Source: an uncultured bacterium (GTDB lineage: Bacteria > JAJVIF01 > JAPKYR01). From it: a stretch of DNA of 64,000 nt. Below, piece after piece: positions 1 through 9,137 of the stretch (position 1 is the first letter of the stretch; the number at the start of each line of letters is the position of its first letter). The DNA lies in contig CBDURU010000003.1 in the NCBI GenBank assembly GCA_965369865.1, forward strand, positions 1 through 64,000, written 5' to 3'. The notes beneath the pieces were generated by a model. It saw nothing but the letters and a program-made list of their open reading frames with translations. It was not told the origin of the DNA and searched no databases. The translations under genes were made by a program, and so were the position numbers.

Positions 1-228
1 AACGGGCCTGCCTCCGTAGAACTGCATGGCAATGCGTCTAAGAAAACGGACCTGCCTCCGTAGAACTGCATGGCAATGCGTCTAAGAAAACGGGCCCCCC
101 TCCGTAGAACTGCATGGCAATGCGTCTAAGAAAACGGGCCTGCCTCCGTAGAACTGCATGTCAATGCGTCTAAGAAAATGGGCCTGCCTCCGTAGAACTG
201 CATGGCAATGCGTCTAAGAAAACGGGCC
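1..228. repeat. Tandem array of a 44-bp unit (5 full copies + partial; truncated by window edge), probably a GTAG-type REP array
   Basis: Unit aacgggcctgcctccgtagaactgcatggcaatgcgtctaagaa at 1, 45, 89, 133, 177 with 0-2 substitutions. No spacers. Contains GTAG followed by the imperfect palindrome taga..gcat-ggca-atgc..tcta. Confidence 0.9.
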
Positions 229-252
229 GGGTACGCCATAACCGAAACCGCC

Positions 253-281
253 TTGCCATTCCCCCTCCATACATCTATAAT
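253..281 (+). promoter_or_regulatory. sigma70-type promoter of the HEPN gene pair
   Basis: TTGCCA (253-258), 17-bp spacer, TATAAT (276-281). Confidence 0.7.
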
Positions 282-341
282 TCCCCCAACTAGGTTAAGT
301 GCCGGATTTTATTCCCATCAATTTTATTGAGGTAGCCCAAT

Positions 342-389
342 ATGGCCAGATGCCACGTCGAAAACTGCGAGAATGATGCGTCGTATTAA
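342..389 (+). CDS. Micro-ORF (15 aa, MARCHVENCENDASY), leader peptide or gene remnant
   Basis: GAGGT RBS-like motif upstream; its TAA overlaps the AAGGAG RBS of the next gene. Confidence 0.25.
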   Translation: MARCHVENCENDASY

Positions 390-401
390 GGAGAATTAAC
401 A

Positions 402-992
402 ATGATAGTTTATTGTGAAAATTGTCAAGCTAATCTTGCATGTGAAATTGCTGGCTCATTAAAATATTGCGATGACTGGCAAGGAGGAGAGCCTTTATAT
501 TTGTATTCTCTGGTTAAATGCTTGGAGTGTGGACACCCCAAGTTGATAATCCAAATGTACCTAGGATCTGATATTTATGATGATCCTCATATCCTTTACC
601 CTAGAACTGAATTAACTTTCTCTTCATTTATTCCAGCAGATATTCTAAAGAACTTTAAAGAAGCCCAAGATTGCTTCAAATTCGGTTTATATACACCATC
701 GGTCATTATGTGTAGACTGGTTTTAGAAGCTATCTGTCACAACAATTCATGTACTGGGAGTACATTAATCCAAAAACTTGAGGACCTAAAGAATAAAAAT
801 ATCATTAACGATCAGCTGTATGAATGGGTAGATGCGTTAAGATTATTAGGAAATATTGCAGCCCATGACTTCACATCAACTGTAAAGAAGGAAGATTCGA
901 AGGATGTATTAGATCTCATTCACGCAATAATTGAATACATATATAATTTCCAAATAAAATTTAATGAATTTAAACAAAGAAAAGGTTTATAA
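402..992 (+). CDS. DUF4145 (HEPN-superfamily) protein with N-terminal Zn-ribbon
   Basis: CENC...CLEC pairs; EAQDCF, MCRLVLEAIC, L..KLEDL and RLLGNIAAH motifs typical of DUF4145; AAGGAG RBS. Confidence 0.85.
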   Translation: MIVYCENCQANLACEIAGSLKYCDDWQGGEPLYLYSLVKCLECGHPKLIIQMYLGSDIYDDPHILYPRTELTFSSFIPADILKNFKEAQDCFKFGLYTPSVIMCRLVLEAICHNNSCTGSTLIQKLEDLKNKNIINDQLYEWVDALRLLGNIAAHDFTSTVKKEDSKDVLDLIHAIIEYIYNFQIKFNEFKQRKGL

Positions 993-1032
993 ATTGTATT
1001 CAAATTTAAAGTAATGTAGTGATGGTTGTAAG

Positions 1033-2301
1033 ATGGACGCTCTCACATTAAGAAATATCCTCTTCACCTGCCTTGAGAAGGGCACTTCTGAACTGAAAGA
1101 CCAGGCAGGTCAATCAGAATCCACATCATTTTTTAAATTTACGGAAAATTTCAAGGTTGATGTACCAGTTAATATTCGGGATTCACTGCATGAATTCCTG
1201 AGTAACGAACCTGCAATTTCAGAGCAATTCGAGGACGGTTGGTTCTTCCAGGGTAACTTTAGTGTCGGAATTAATATTAAGAAATTAACTGAATGGGTAT
1301 TAAATTACTTGTTTTTCAAAAATGATCCTGATGCAACCATCAAGGCATTGGAAATTCCCACATCAAAAAACAAGGCAAATCTATCAGTCATATATACATT
1401 ACAAGGGATAAGTGTAAATGAGCCGGTGCAGATTACAGAATCTACCCACCTCGTTCCATATGATCACTTGCCCGATTCATATCAAAAAAATCAAATCAAA
1501 AACTTCCTTAAATCACCAGACGCCATCTTATTTTCCCGGAATTTAAAACCAGAATGCGCAATTGTTTCAAAGAATAACCTAAACCCGTTTTTAAACTCAA
1601 AGAACCAGAAAGCAGATGATAAAAAGAAACATGCGAAAGACTTGATCGAAAAAACTCAGAATGAATTAGAGCAGATGGTGTATTTGTTAAGCGTAATTGG
1701 ACCTTGCTCTCCTGACGTTCTCTATCAATGGATTAATTATTCTGATGATACCCCTTTAGGAGATGCTGCAATGGGACTATCACTCAGATTGAGTGAAATT
1801 ACTCCTCATTTTATATTATCATTACTTAAGAGAGCACATTGGAATTTCGATCCCGTCCAGGCAAAGGTATTAATTAATAAATATGGGGAATTAAGTGAGC
1901 AGATTCAACACCGATTGAAACTTCCTATAGGCAGGTTAAGGAATAGCATAAAACGAAATTATATAGGAGACATGGCAATAGAAATCGGGATCGCTCTCGA
2001 AGCACTGTTATTACCAGATACAAACGTCGAACTAGGATATAGACTCTCTCAGCGAGTTGCATACTTTTTCAATGACGATCCTGAGAGAAGAGATCATGTA
2101 AAAAAAGTAATCAAAACATACTATAGAGACATTCGATCAGTTGCAGTTCATGGCGGAGAGATTAAAAAAGTCAAGGGAATTCCGAATAGAGATCCGATGC
2201 AAATCCAGTGTGAAACCATTGAAATTTGTGCTGACATTATCAAGAAAATAATAATGTCTGGTAAATACCCAGATTGGGATAAACTTTACTTAAAGGAATA
2301 G
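1033..2301 (+). CDS. HEPN-domain protein (ApeA/MAE_28990-like C-terminal HEPN)
   Basis: C-terminal IALEALL...ELGYRLSQRVA...YYRDIRSVAVHGG containing an Rx4H HEPN RNase motif; AT-rich. Confidence 0.75.
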   Translation: MDALTLRNILFTCLEKGTSELKDQAGQSESTSFFKFTENFKVDVPVNIRDSLHEFLSNEPAISEQFEDGWFFQGNFSVGINIKKLTEWVLNYLFFKNDPDATIKALEIPTSKNKANLSVIYTLQGISVNEPVQITESTHLVPYDHLPDSYQKNQIKNFLKSPDAILFSRNLKPECAIVSKNNLNPFLNSKNQKADDKKKHAKDLIEKTQNELEQMVYLLSVIGPCSPDVLYQWINYSDDTPLGDAAMGLSLRLSEITPHFILSLLKRAHWNFDPVQAKVLINKYGELSEQIQHRLKLPIGRLRNSIKRNYIGDMAIEIGIALEALLLPDTNVELGYRLSQRVAYFFNDDPERRDHVKKVIKTYYRDIRSVAVHGGEIKKVKGIPNRDPMQIQCETIEICADIIKKIIMSGKYPDWDKLYLKE

Positions 2302-2375
2302 CCAGTAGTAAGTAGGCTGGGAAGTGCATTCTTAGGCTCCCCCAAAAAAAAATCCCCATTTCCCCTTGTCCACTC

Positions 2376-2404
2376 TTGACAAAATCCCATCTTTATGCTA
2401 TACT
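2376..2404 (+). promoter_or_regulatory. Near-consensus sigma70 promoter with extended -10
   Basis: TTGACA (2376-2381), 17-bp spacer, TG at 2396-2397, TATACT (2399-2404). Confidence 0.8.
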
Positions 2405-2410
2405 CACTAT

Positions 2411-2710
2411 GGAAGGGCATTCTGTACCCACTGCAGGGAATACCCTCCATTCGGAATCCGGCGCGCGATTTCCAGCTCTTGAAGCTGAGCGCTTGTAACC
2501 ACGCCACCTTCGGGTAGGCGGAGAAGTTTTACGGCTTGACGCCCGCCGTAGCTTATGCGAAAGCGGGGAAGTACCAGGGGAGCCTGCCACACCCAGTCAA
2601 TGCCGGGGCAAGCCAGCGGTCGATCTTACATGGCCGTTCAACAGCTAACGCTGTCGGACAAGGTGCGACTTTCGGAGAAGCACTATTGCCTTATCGCGCG
2701 CTGGATTCCT
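2411..2710 (+). ncRNA. Putative structured non-coding RNA of unknown class (~300 nt)
   Basis: Follows the promoter. 5' hairpin 2409-2450; 17-bp stem 2453-2469/2693-2709 (one G-U); internal hairpins including a C(UUCG)G loop (2502-2520) and a GAAA loop. No convincing CDS. Confidence 0.6.
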
Positions 2711-2777
2711 GAAAATAATAAAAAAAATCGAAGGAGGAAAACAACAAGATAAACAAAGAAAAACAAGGGACTGGTGG

Positions 2778-2812
2778 CCCCTCATAACCAGCCCTGTGCT
2801 GGTTAGGAGGGG
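2778..2812 (-). terminator. GC-rich hairpin, probable terminator between purH and the ncRNA candidate
   Basis: cccctc-a-taaccagc / gctggtta-g-gagggg stem; a T-rich tract follows on the minus strand. Confidence 0.45.
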
Positions 2813-2875
2813 GGTGGGAAGGTCCATCGCATGTGACTCCCTTACGGTCGTGGCTCTGTTTAGTGCAGTTAATTC

Positions 2876-4486
2876 TCAATGCCGGAAGTGGCGCATGCCG
2901 GTGAGGACGAGAGCTAAGCCTAGTTCATCGGCTTTCGCGATCGTGTCCTTGTCCGATCTGCTGCCGCCAGGTTCGATTATTGCCGTTACGCCTGCCGCGT
3001 GTGATACCTCGACCGAATCCGGGAAACAAAAACCGTCTGTAGCCGCGACCGCGCCACTCGCTTTATCACCAGCTTTCAGAATCGCGATTTCGAAAGTCGC
3101 GATACGGGATGTCTGGCCCGGGCCGGTTCCGAGAGTCTGTGTTGAGTTGGCAAGCACGGTCGCGTTCGATCTCACGTGCTTCACAACACGCCAGCCGATG
3201 TCCATCGCTTTCAATTCATCATCGGAAGGTTGACGTTCCGACGCGATCCTGAAATTTTCATCGTCCCAGATTTTTGTGTCTATTTCCTGGATCAGTACGC
3301 CGTGCGAAAGGGATCGAGCTTCCAATCGTCCGGATATATCCATTGGTAAAATCAGGTCGGTTTTTACAAGACGAAGATTTTTTTTCTTTCTCAAGATTTC
3401 CAGTGCTTCCGGGGTGAAATCAACCGCGACAACCACCTCGACAAAAGCTTCTTTTATAGCGAGGGCGGCGGCTTCATCCACAATTCCCGAGATTCCGGTA
3501 ACGTTGCCGAATGAGGCAAGCTCATCGACAGCCCGCGCGTTGCGGTATGCAATTTCCGCCGTTTCAGCTATCGCGACTCCGGTCGGACTCTGATGTTTGA
3601 CGACGGTCGCGCAAATCCGATTGGGAAATTCCCGGCAGATTCGTACAACCGAATCGATATCCAAAAGGTTGTTATAGCTTATTTCCTTACCCTGGAGAAT
3701 TTCGGAATCGGACAGAAAATCGGCCCGTTCGCCTTCTATACGGTAATACGCTCCCCGTTGGTGGGGATTTTCACCGTACCGATTTTCCTTGATTTTTCTA
3801 AGCCCGACCGGCAGGAAGTCGGGGAAAATTTTATCTGTAATCCTATCCGGGTCGGAATCATCGGGGATAAGGCACCGGAAGTAGGCTGAAATCGCGACGT
3901 CGTACATCGCCGTATGATGAAACGCAACCCGTGCGAAATCCTTTCTCATTATCAATGGGATGCCGTCGGATTCATTCATGGCATCGATAATTTTTTGGTA
4001 CTGGGCGGGATTTGTAATGACACAGACAGAAGGGTAATTTTTAGCGGCAGCCCTGATCATTGCCGGTCCGCCGATATCAATATTTTCGAGAGCTTCCGGA
4101 AGGGTGGTATCGGGTTTCGCGACGGTATCCTGGAACGGGTAAAGGTTGCAGCAGACAATATCAATTTTCGGGATATTGTGTTTTTCCATTTCAGGAGTGT
4201 CATCAGGGAACTCACCGGTGTTGCTGTCGAAAGGCCGTCTTGCGAGAATCCCGCCGTGAATTTTGGGGTGAAGTGTTTTAACCCGTCCGGAGAACATTTC
4301 CTGGGCGCCGGTATAATCGCCGACCTCGATGACTGGAATGCCGGCATCCGAAATTGCTTTCGCCGTCCCGCCGGATGAAAGCAGCTCGACTCCATGGCCG
4401 TGCAGAGCCTTCGCAAAATCCACGATTCCGGTTTTATCGTAGACTGAAAGGATGGCCCGTACGGGTTTCAGGATTCCATTTGTCAT
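2876..4486 (-). CDS. purH: Bifunctional AICAR transformylase / IMP cyclohydrolase
   Basis: SVYDKTGI, GRVKTLHPKIHGGIL, ENIDIGGPAMIRAAAKN, RYGENPHQ, C-terminal GMRHFRH. Start moved to ATG 4486 behind a GGAGG RBS. Confidence 0.97.
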   Translation of the reverse strand: MTNGILKPVRAILSVYDKTGIVDFAKALHGHGVELLSSGGTAKAISDAGIPVIEVGDYTGAQEMFSGRVKTLHPKIHGGILARRPFDSNTGEFPDDTPEMEKHNIPKIDIVCCNLYPFQDTVAKPDTTLPEALENIDIGGPAMIRAAAKNYPSVCVITNPAQYQKIIDAMNESDGIPLIMRKDFARVAFHHTAMYDVAISAYFRCLIPDDSDPDRITDKIFPDFLPVGLRKIKENRYGENPHQRGAYYRIEGERADFLSDSEILQGKEISYNNLLDIDSVVRICREFPNRICATVVKHQSPTGVAIAETAEIAYRNARAVDELASFGNVTGISGIVDEAAALAIKEAFVEVVVAVDFTPEALEILRKKKNLRLVKTDLILPMDISGRLEARSLSHGVLIQEIDTKIWDDENFRIASERQPSDDELKAMDIGWRVVKHVRSNATVLANSTQTLGTGPGQTSRIATFEIAILKAGDKASGAVAATDGFCFPDSVEVSHAAGVTAIIEPGGSRSDKDTIAKADELGLALVLTGMRHFRH

Positions 4487-4672
4487 AGCAGGTCCTCCCT
4501 GGTAACGGAATCTGGATTGTGAACTTTTACCCAATAGAAATCAAGAGGGTTGGGCGCCCTTGATGAATAAATGTCATGAATGATTATGCTATAATAAATT
4601 TTCCGCTGGCGTTCAAAAAACGGCATTTTAACGGATTTAAATAATCAAATAGACAAAAAGAGCCTGTTCAGG

Positions 4673-6880
4673 ATGGCGAATACAGCGATGCGTGTAAAAA
4701 AATTTCAATTTTTTAATATTTTAATGATCCCATTCCTTTTGGTCTTCCTGACCGGGTGTCCTTCAGAAAGCCCGGAGATCGTCCCGAGAAGTATCGATTA
4801 TCTCCAGGATATGGACCTTATGGGTAATCCAACGGCGGAGCTTGCATTCAAGCCCCTCAATGTTGAGATTGAAGACATTAAGCTTGGAGGGGAGACCCGT
4901 AAAGCTGTCAGATTTCCAAGACAGGGTGAAATTTTCGTAAAGATTCCGATGGTTGAGGAGGGGAGTGTATTTACATGTGCGATCGGGTGCAAGATGGAAA
5001 CCTCCGGGAACCCGGACACCTGGTTCACTTTCAGCCGGCAACTGCCATCCCTGGTTGTAACCGAACTGGAAACAGTATGGGTACGGGAATCGATAGTATC
5101 AAGCTGGTATTACGTTGAGATAAACCTCGAGGAGTATGTCGGTCTGGAAATAATGCTGACGATCGAGCCAAATATAAAAAGCCCCAGTCTGCTGACATAC
5201 CTTGCCAATCCAAGTTACCTGATTCCGGAAACAACGGAGCCGAAACGGACTATCATGATATGCATCGATACGCTCCGCACGGATAGAGTGGGGGCTTATG
5301 GAGCAGGATCGATTCTCACCCCAAACCTGGATAATTTCGCCCAGGATTCAGTCAGGTTTGCGAACTGCGAGACCGCCAGCCCATGGACGTTTCCATCGTG
5401 CGCCGCGACGGTAACAGGTATGTATCCGGGACAGATCGGAGCGGACAGTGTCACCGAAATGCTGCGGGAAGAAGAAACGACGATCGCGGAAGTATTTTTC
5501 GAAGCGGGTTACCGGACGGCTTCGATTGTGAATAATACGTATGTTTCAGCCAATGTGGGGATGTTCCAGGGATATGAATACATGTCTCACGTTCCTCAGA
5601 ATCCGGCGGGCGGCCAGGTGGACCTCGCACTTGAATGGATAGACCGCCACTTCAACGAAGATATTTTTCTTTACATTCACCTTTTCGATCCGCACGTGCC
5701 ATACGCTCCACCTGAGCCATTCCTTTCGACTTACCGGAAGGGCTACGGTCAGTTCGAGACTGAATTCGACATGCCAAACGAGGTGCGTGCCGGAGAGGTT
5801 ATATTGACCGATGGAGAAAAGGACCAGCTCAGGGGGCTTTATGACGGGGAGGTCGCGTACTCGGATGCCGAACTGGGCAGGTTCATAAACGAGCTTAAAT
5901 CCCTTGGAATTTACGATGACACCGCGATAATTATTTTTGCAGATCACGGGGAGGAGTTCTGGGAGCACGGAGCATTCGAGCACGGCCATGCGGTTTACGA
6001 GGAAGTAACGCATGTGCCGTTAATGATGAAATTACCGGGGATTCCCACGGGAATTTTCGAGAGCCGTATGAGCCTTATCGATGTCATGCCGACCTGCCTG
6101 GCGTGGGCAGGGCTGCCGGTCCCGGAAAGGGTTGTCGGACTCGATATGTTTGCGGAACACGATGATCTCGATACACGCCTGATGTTCATCGAAGATTGTA
6201 TTCACGCCACCGAACGACGCGCGTGCGTACAGGGAGACTGGAAGCAGATCGTTTATTTTGGTGAAAGCAGGGAACCAGAACTTTACTATCTCGCCAGCGA
6301 TCCCGAGGAGTTATCCAACAGGTTTCTCACCAGGCTGGATCTTGGAGAATCCCTGGTGAGGCAGCTCCTGATGTATTCCGCGCAGACATCGGTTGGATTT
6401 CATGCAAGGATGTACAACTTCGAGGGATATGGAACGCCTGAGAAATACCAGCTAGTGGCGACAGTAGTGAATGGGGAATTCAGCGATATCGTCCACGCTT
6501 CAAACGGGGTAGTAATCGCTGAGGCCCTGGAATCAGACCTGATAGTGGTCCAGGTCGAATTCGGTGCAACGGGTTATATCAGCCTGGATTTCAATGTTAC
6601 GCCCGAGGATGCGACTATAACATTCACAGCGGAATATATCGACGAACCATCCAAGGAATTCGACTGGTATCTCGGTGCGTCGAACGAATCGATCGTGGGC
6701 ACCGGGCTGTCGGTGACGATGGTCGATGAAAGGATATCGATGTCCTATCCGACCGCGCGATTGACAAACAGCCACGGAATATATTTGTGGTCGATACCAC
6801 CCAGTCTCATGGATGAGATAGAAACGATGATAACACCGGAGGAACGCGCCAGTCTTGACGCGCTTGGATACATTCATTGA
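4673..6880 (+). CDS. Sulfatase-like (alkaline phosphatase superfamily) lipoprotein
   Basis: Lipobox LTGC; IDTLRTD, SPWTFPS (Thr at the nucleophile position), HLFDPHVPY, ADHGEEF, C-terminal LDALGY. Confidence 0.85.
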   Translation: MANTAMRVKKFQFFNILMIPFLLVFLTGCPSESPEIVPRSIDYLQDMDLMGNPTAELAFKPLNVEIEDIKLGGETRKAVRFPRQGEIFVKIPMVEEGSVFTCAIGCKMETSGNPDTWFTFSRQLPSLVVTELETVWVRESIVSSWYYVEINLEEYVGLEIMLTIEPNIKSPSLLTYLANPSYLIPETTEPKRTIMICIDTLRTDRVGAYGAGSILTPNLDNFAQDSVRFANCETASPWTFPSCAATVTGMYPGQIGADSVTEMLREEETTIAEVFFEAGYRTASIVNNTYVSANVGMFQGYEYMSHVPQNPAGGQVDLALEWIDRHFNEDIFLYIHLFDPHVPYAPPEPFLSTYRKGYGQFETEFDMPNEVRAGEVILTDGEKDQLRGLYDGEVAYSDAELGRFINELKSLGIYDDTAIIIFADHGEEFWEHGAFEHGHAVYEEVTHVPLMMKLPGIPTGIFESRMSLIDVMPTCLAWAGLPVPERVVGLDMFAEHDDLDTRLMFIEDCIHATERRACVQGDWKQIVYFGESREPELYYLASDPEELSNRFLTRLDLGESLVRQLLMYSAQTSVGFHARMYNFEGYGTPEKYQLVATVVNGEFSDIVHASNGVVIAEALESDLIVVQVEFGATGYISLDFNVTPEDATITFTAEYIDEPSKEFDWYLGASNESIVGTGLSVTMVDERISMSYPTARLTNSHGIYLWSIPPSLMDEIETMITPEERASLDALGYIH

Positions 6881-7037
6881 TGTAAGGAAATTACAATACT
6901 TTATTGGAAGACTGATATATAAACATTAATGTTACTCCATTTTGTTTTTTCAATAGTGAAGGGTTATGGTAAACTGCCTTGTTTCGGCCAGGGTCTGAAG
7001 TAATTTTTCAAACCGCCGAAGAGGCTATTAGTCGGCG

Positions 7038-9131
7038 ATGAAATTTATCGAGTTACCCTTAACACGAAGAATTGTGCAAATCGCCCTCATATTGTGGGCC
7101 GGTTATGTTATTGCCCTTTTTAGTATCCATCAGCATCACAGCCTTCAAAACATCCCTTCCGATCTCCCAAGGATCGCTGAATTCCTTTTCATAAATGTGG
7201 TAATCGAGGCGGTCTGGGGGATCGTTTTCGTGATTATCGCCTACGGTCTCGGACGATTCGTCCTCGATCTGGGGAGGATTTCACAGGATATAGATAGTCT
7301 CGAAGACGATATAATTTTCAGTATCGCTACAGGATTCGGGCTAATCGGGCTTGGCACTTTCCTCCTTGGTTCTATCGGGCTTCTCCAGGCATGGCTTCAC
7401 GTGGGCCTGGGAGTGGTCCTGGTTGTACTGACACACAGGAAAATCCTTAACCTGTTTGGGGCCTTAAAAAAATCCTGGTTCCAGGACAATAAATTAAGCA
7501 GAATTGAATTATTCATAATGATAATGATCGGCGGGATCATTGTCTGGGGCCTGCCGACATTTTTCTTTCCACTGCACGGCTTCGACAGCCTTAACTCCCA
7601 CCTGCCGGCCCCCCTGACATACATACGCGAAGGGCGGATTTCATTTCATCCGGAGATAAATTTCAATAATTTCCCCGAGACGGTCGAGATGTGGTTCCTG
7701 CAGTCGATGCTTATACTTCCCGAGGGAGCCGCGCAGTTCCTGATGGGAATCTGTCACCTGGTCACGACGCTGGCCGTATTCGCGATGACGAAACGGTTTT
7801 TCGACAGGGGATCGGCACTGATCGCAACCCTGGTTTACATTCTGATCAGGAAGGTTTTCCTTTTCGCCACTCTCGCGTTCATCGACCAGGGACTTACCCT
7901 CATGGTGATCCTGGGAACTTACGCAACGATCAGGTATATAGAAAAACCGTCGAAGCCGCTTGCCATTCTTGTTGGCTTGATGATGGGATTCGCCTGCGGG
8001 ATAAAATATTCCGCGTTAATCACCCTGCTGATTCTGGGGCTTCTGGTGGTGGTTTTTGAATTCGTCGGGAAAAAGGAGTTCAAACGGCTTGCGATTGATT
8101 TTGGGTTGGCCATTATGTTTCTGGTCCTGGTCAGTTGTGCGTGGTACATCCGGAACTGGGTATGGTTCCACAATCCCGTGTTTCCGTTTTTCTCAGGAGT
8201 TTTTCCAACGGATGGCGGTATATACGCGCAGTACATTGAAGATCTGAAAATCGAGCACAGTCGTATGCTCCTGATGTTCAGCCTGGGGGCAAGAAAAACA
8301 ATTCTCTGGTTCCTCAGCCTCCCTTACATGCTCACGTTTGAACCATTCGGTCCGTATGATAAGGCAGGTGCAGGGGTTGTCGGGCCATGGTTTCTCTTGT
8401 CACTTCCATTCGTAATATTCTTAAAAAGAATACCGAAAGTTTTAATCGTGATTGTCGCGCTGATAGTCACGACGTACGGGTACTGGTTCTTTTTCGAGAA
8501 GATGCTTCATTTAAGGTACATGATGCCCGTTTTTTCAATCCAGGCGGTTCTTGCGGGATACCTTTTCTGGCAGGGGTTGAAACCGGACTCATTTAAATTC
8601 CGCAGCGTGGGCCAATGGCTCTCCCTGACGATAATTTTCTGCCTGCTGATCACGTACTTCGCAGGGATGGTCATACCCCGCGAACCCCGGAGGAAATTCC
8701 CGGTACTTCAGGAAGAAAAAATTAAATTTTATAACGACCATTTGAACGCATACCAGGTTGTGCAGGACATGAACGAGATAGCCCGTGATGAGGTGGGGGA
8801 GGAAGGCGACCCGTGGGATGTCAGGATGTACGGGTTTTACATGGAGCAGTACCGGTGGTTTGCCCAGTTCACACTGGTTGGTAACCAGGTTGGGTATGCG
8901 GATCATGAGACTTACAGGAACCGCACTTCCACCGCCCGTGAGCTTTATGACTGGTTGAAAGAGTACGACATCGATTACCTGATAATTAATGTTCCATATG
9001 CGAGCATAAGTCTGGGCGAGGAAGGCCAGTATGCGGTACCGGGTTACAGGGACATTGTTATGACCGACTGGGAACAGTATTTTGAATTGATAAATTCGTA
9101 CTATTACGTATGGACATTCAAGTTGAAATAA
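7038..9131 (+). CDS. GT-C fold membrane glycosyltransferase (ArnT/PMT-like)
   Basis: Many TM helices; D-S-L-x-x-H-L, GFACGIKYS, WYIRNW..FHNPVFPF, HLRYMMP motifs. Confidence 0.75.
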   Translation: MKFIELPLTRRIVQIALILWAGYVIALFSIHQHHSLQNIPSDLPRIAEFLFINVVIEAVWGIVFVIIAYGLGRFVLDLGRISQDIDSLEDDIIFSIATGFGLIGLGTFLLGSIGLLQAWLHVGLGVVLVVLTHRKILNLFGALKKSWFQDNKLSRIELFIMIMIGGIIVWGLPTFFFPLHGFDSLNSHLPAPLTYIREGRISFHPEINFNNFPETVEMWFLQSMLILPEGAAQFLMGICHLVTTLAVFAMTKRFFDRGSALIATLVYILIRKVFLFATLAFIDQGLTLMVILGTYATIRYIEKPSKPLAILVGLMMGFACGIKYSALITLLILGLLVVVFEFVGKKEFKRLAIDFGLAIMFLVLVSCAWYIRNWVWFHNPVFPFFSGVFPTDGGIYAQYIEDLKIEHSRMLLMFSLGARKTILWFLSLPYMLTFEPFGPYDKAGAGVVGPWFLLSLPFVIFLKRIPKVLIVIVALIVTTYGYWFFFEKMLHLRYMMPVFSIQAVLAGYLFWQGLKPDSFKFRSVGQWLSLTIIFCLLITYFAGMVIPREPRRKFPVLQEEKIKFYNDHLNAYQVVQDMNEIARDEVGEEGDPWDVRMYGFYMEQYRWFAQFTLVGNQVGYADHETYRNRTSTARELYDWLKEYDIDYLIINVPYASISLGEEGQYAVPGYRDIVMTDWEQYFELINSYYYVWTFKLK

Positions 9132-9137
9132 ATATTC

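Noticed and set aside
1..228. CRISPR array
   Set aside because: Repeats are contiguous with no unique spacers, and there are no cas genes in the window.
2449..2461. 13-bp match attcggaatccgg to the 3' end of the FGE gene (~15061) as a DGR TR/VR pair
   Set aside because: The match does not extend, there is no adenine-specific mismatch pattern and no RT gene; likely chance.
2411..2710. RNase P, SRP, tmRNA, cobalamin or c-di-AMP riboswitch, or group I/II intron identity for the RNA candidate
   Set aside because: No GAGGAAAGUCC, no SRP GGAA domain IV, no tRNA-like ends. Only fragmentary resemblance to riboswitch motifs (acagctaac, cctgcc) and group I P/Q/R elements, with no P7/S pairing and no downstream gene.
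2286..2879. Small ORFs (60-73 aa) overlapping the RNA candidate, and a 29-aa leaderless ORF from 2409
   Set aside because: No recognisable motifs or RBS, and they overlap each other. The structure is better explained as RNA, though a small peptide cannot be excluded.
4487..4672. ZTP (pfl) riboswitch upstream of purH
   Set aside because: No recognisable conserved motif; only a small hairpin in an AT-rich divergent promoter region.
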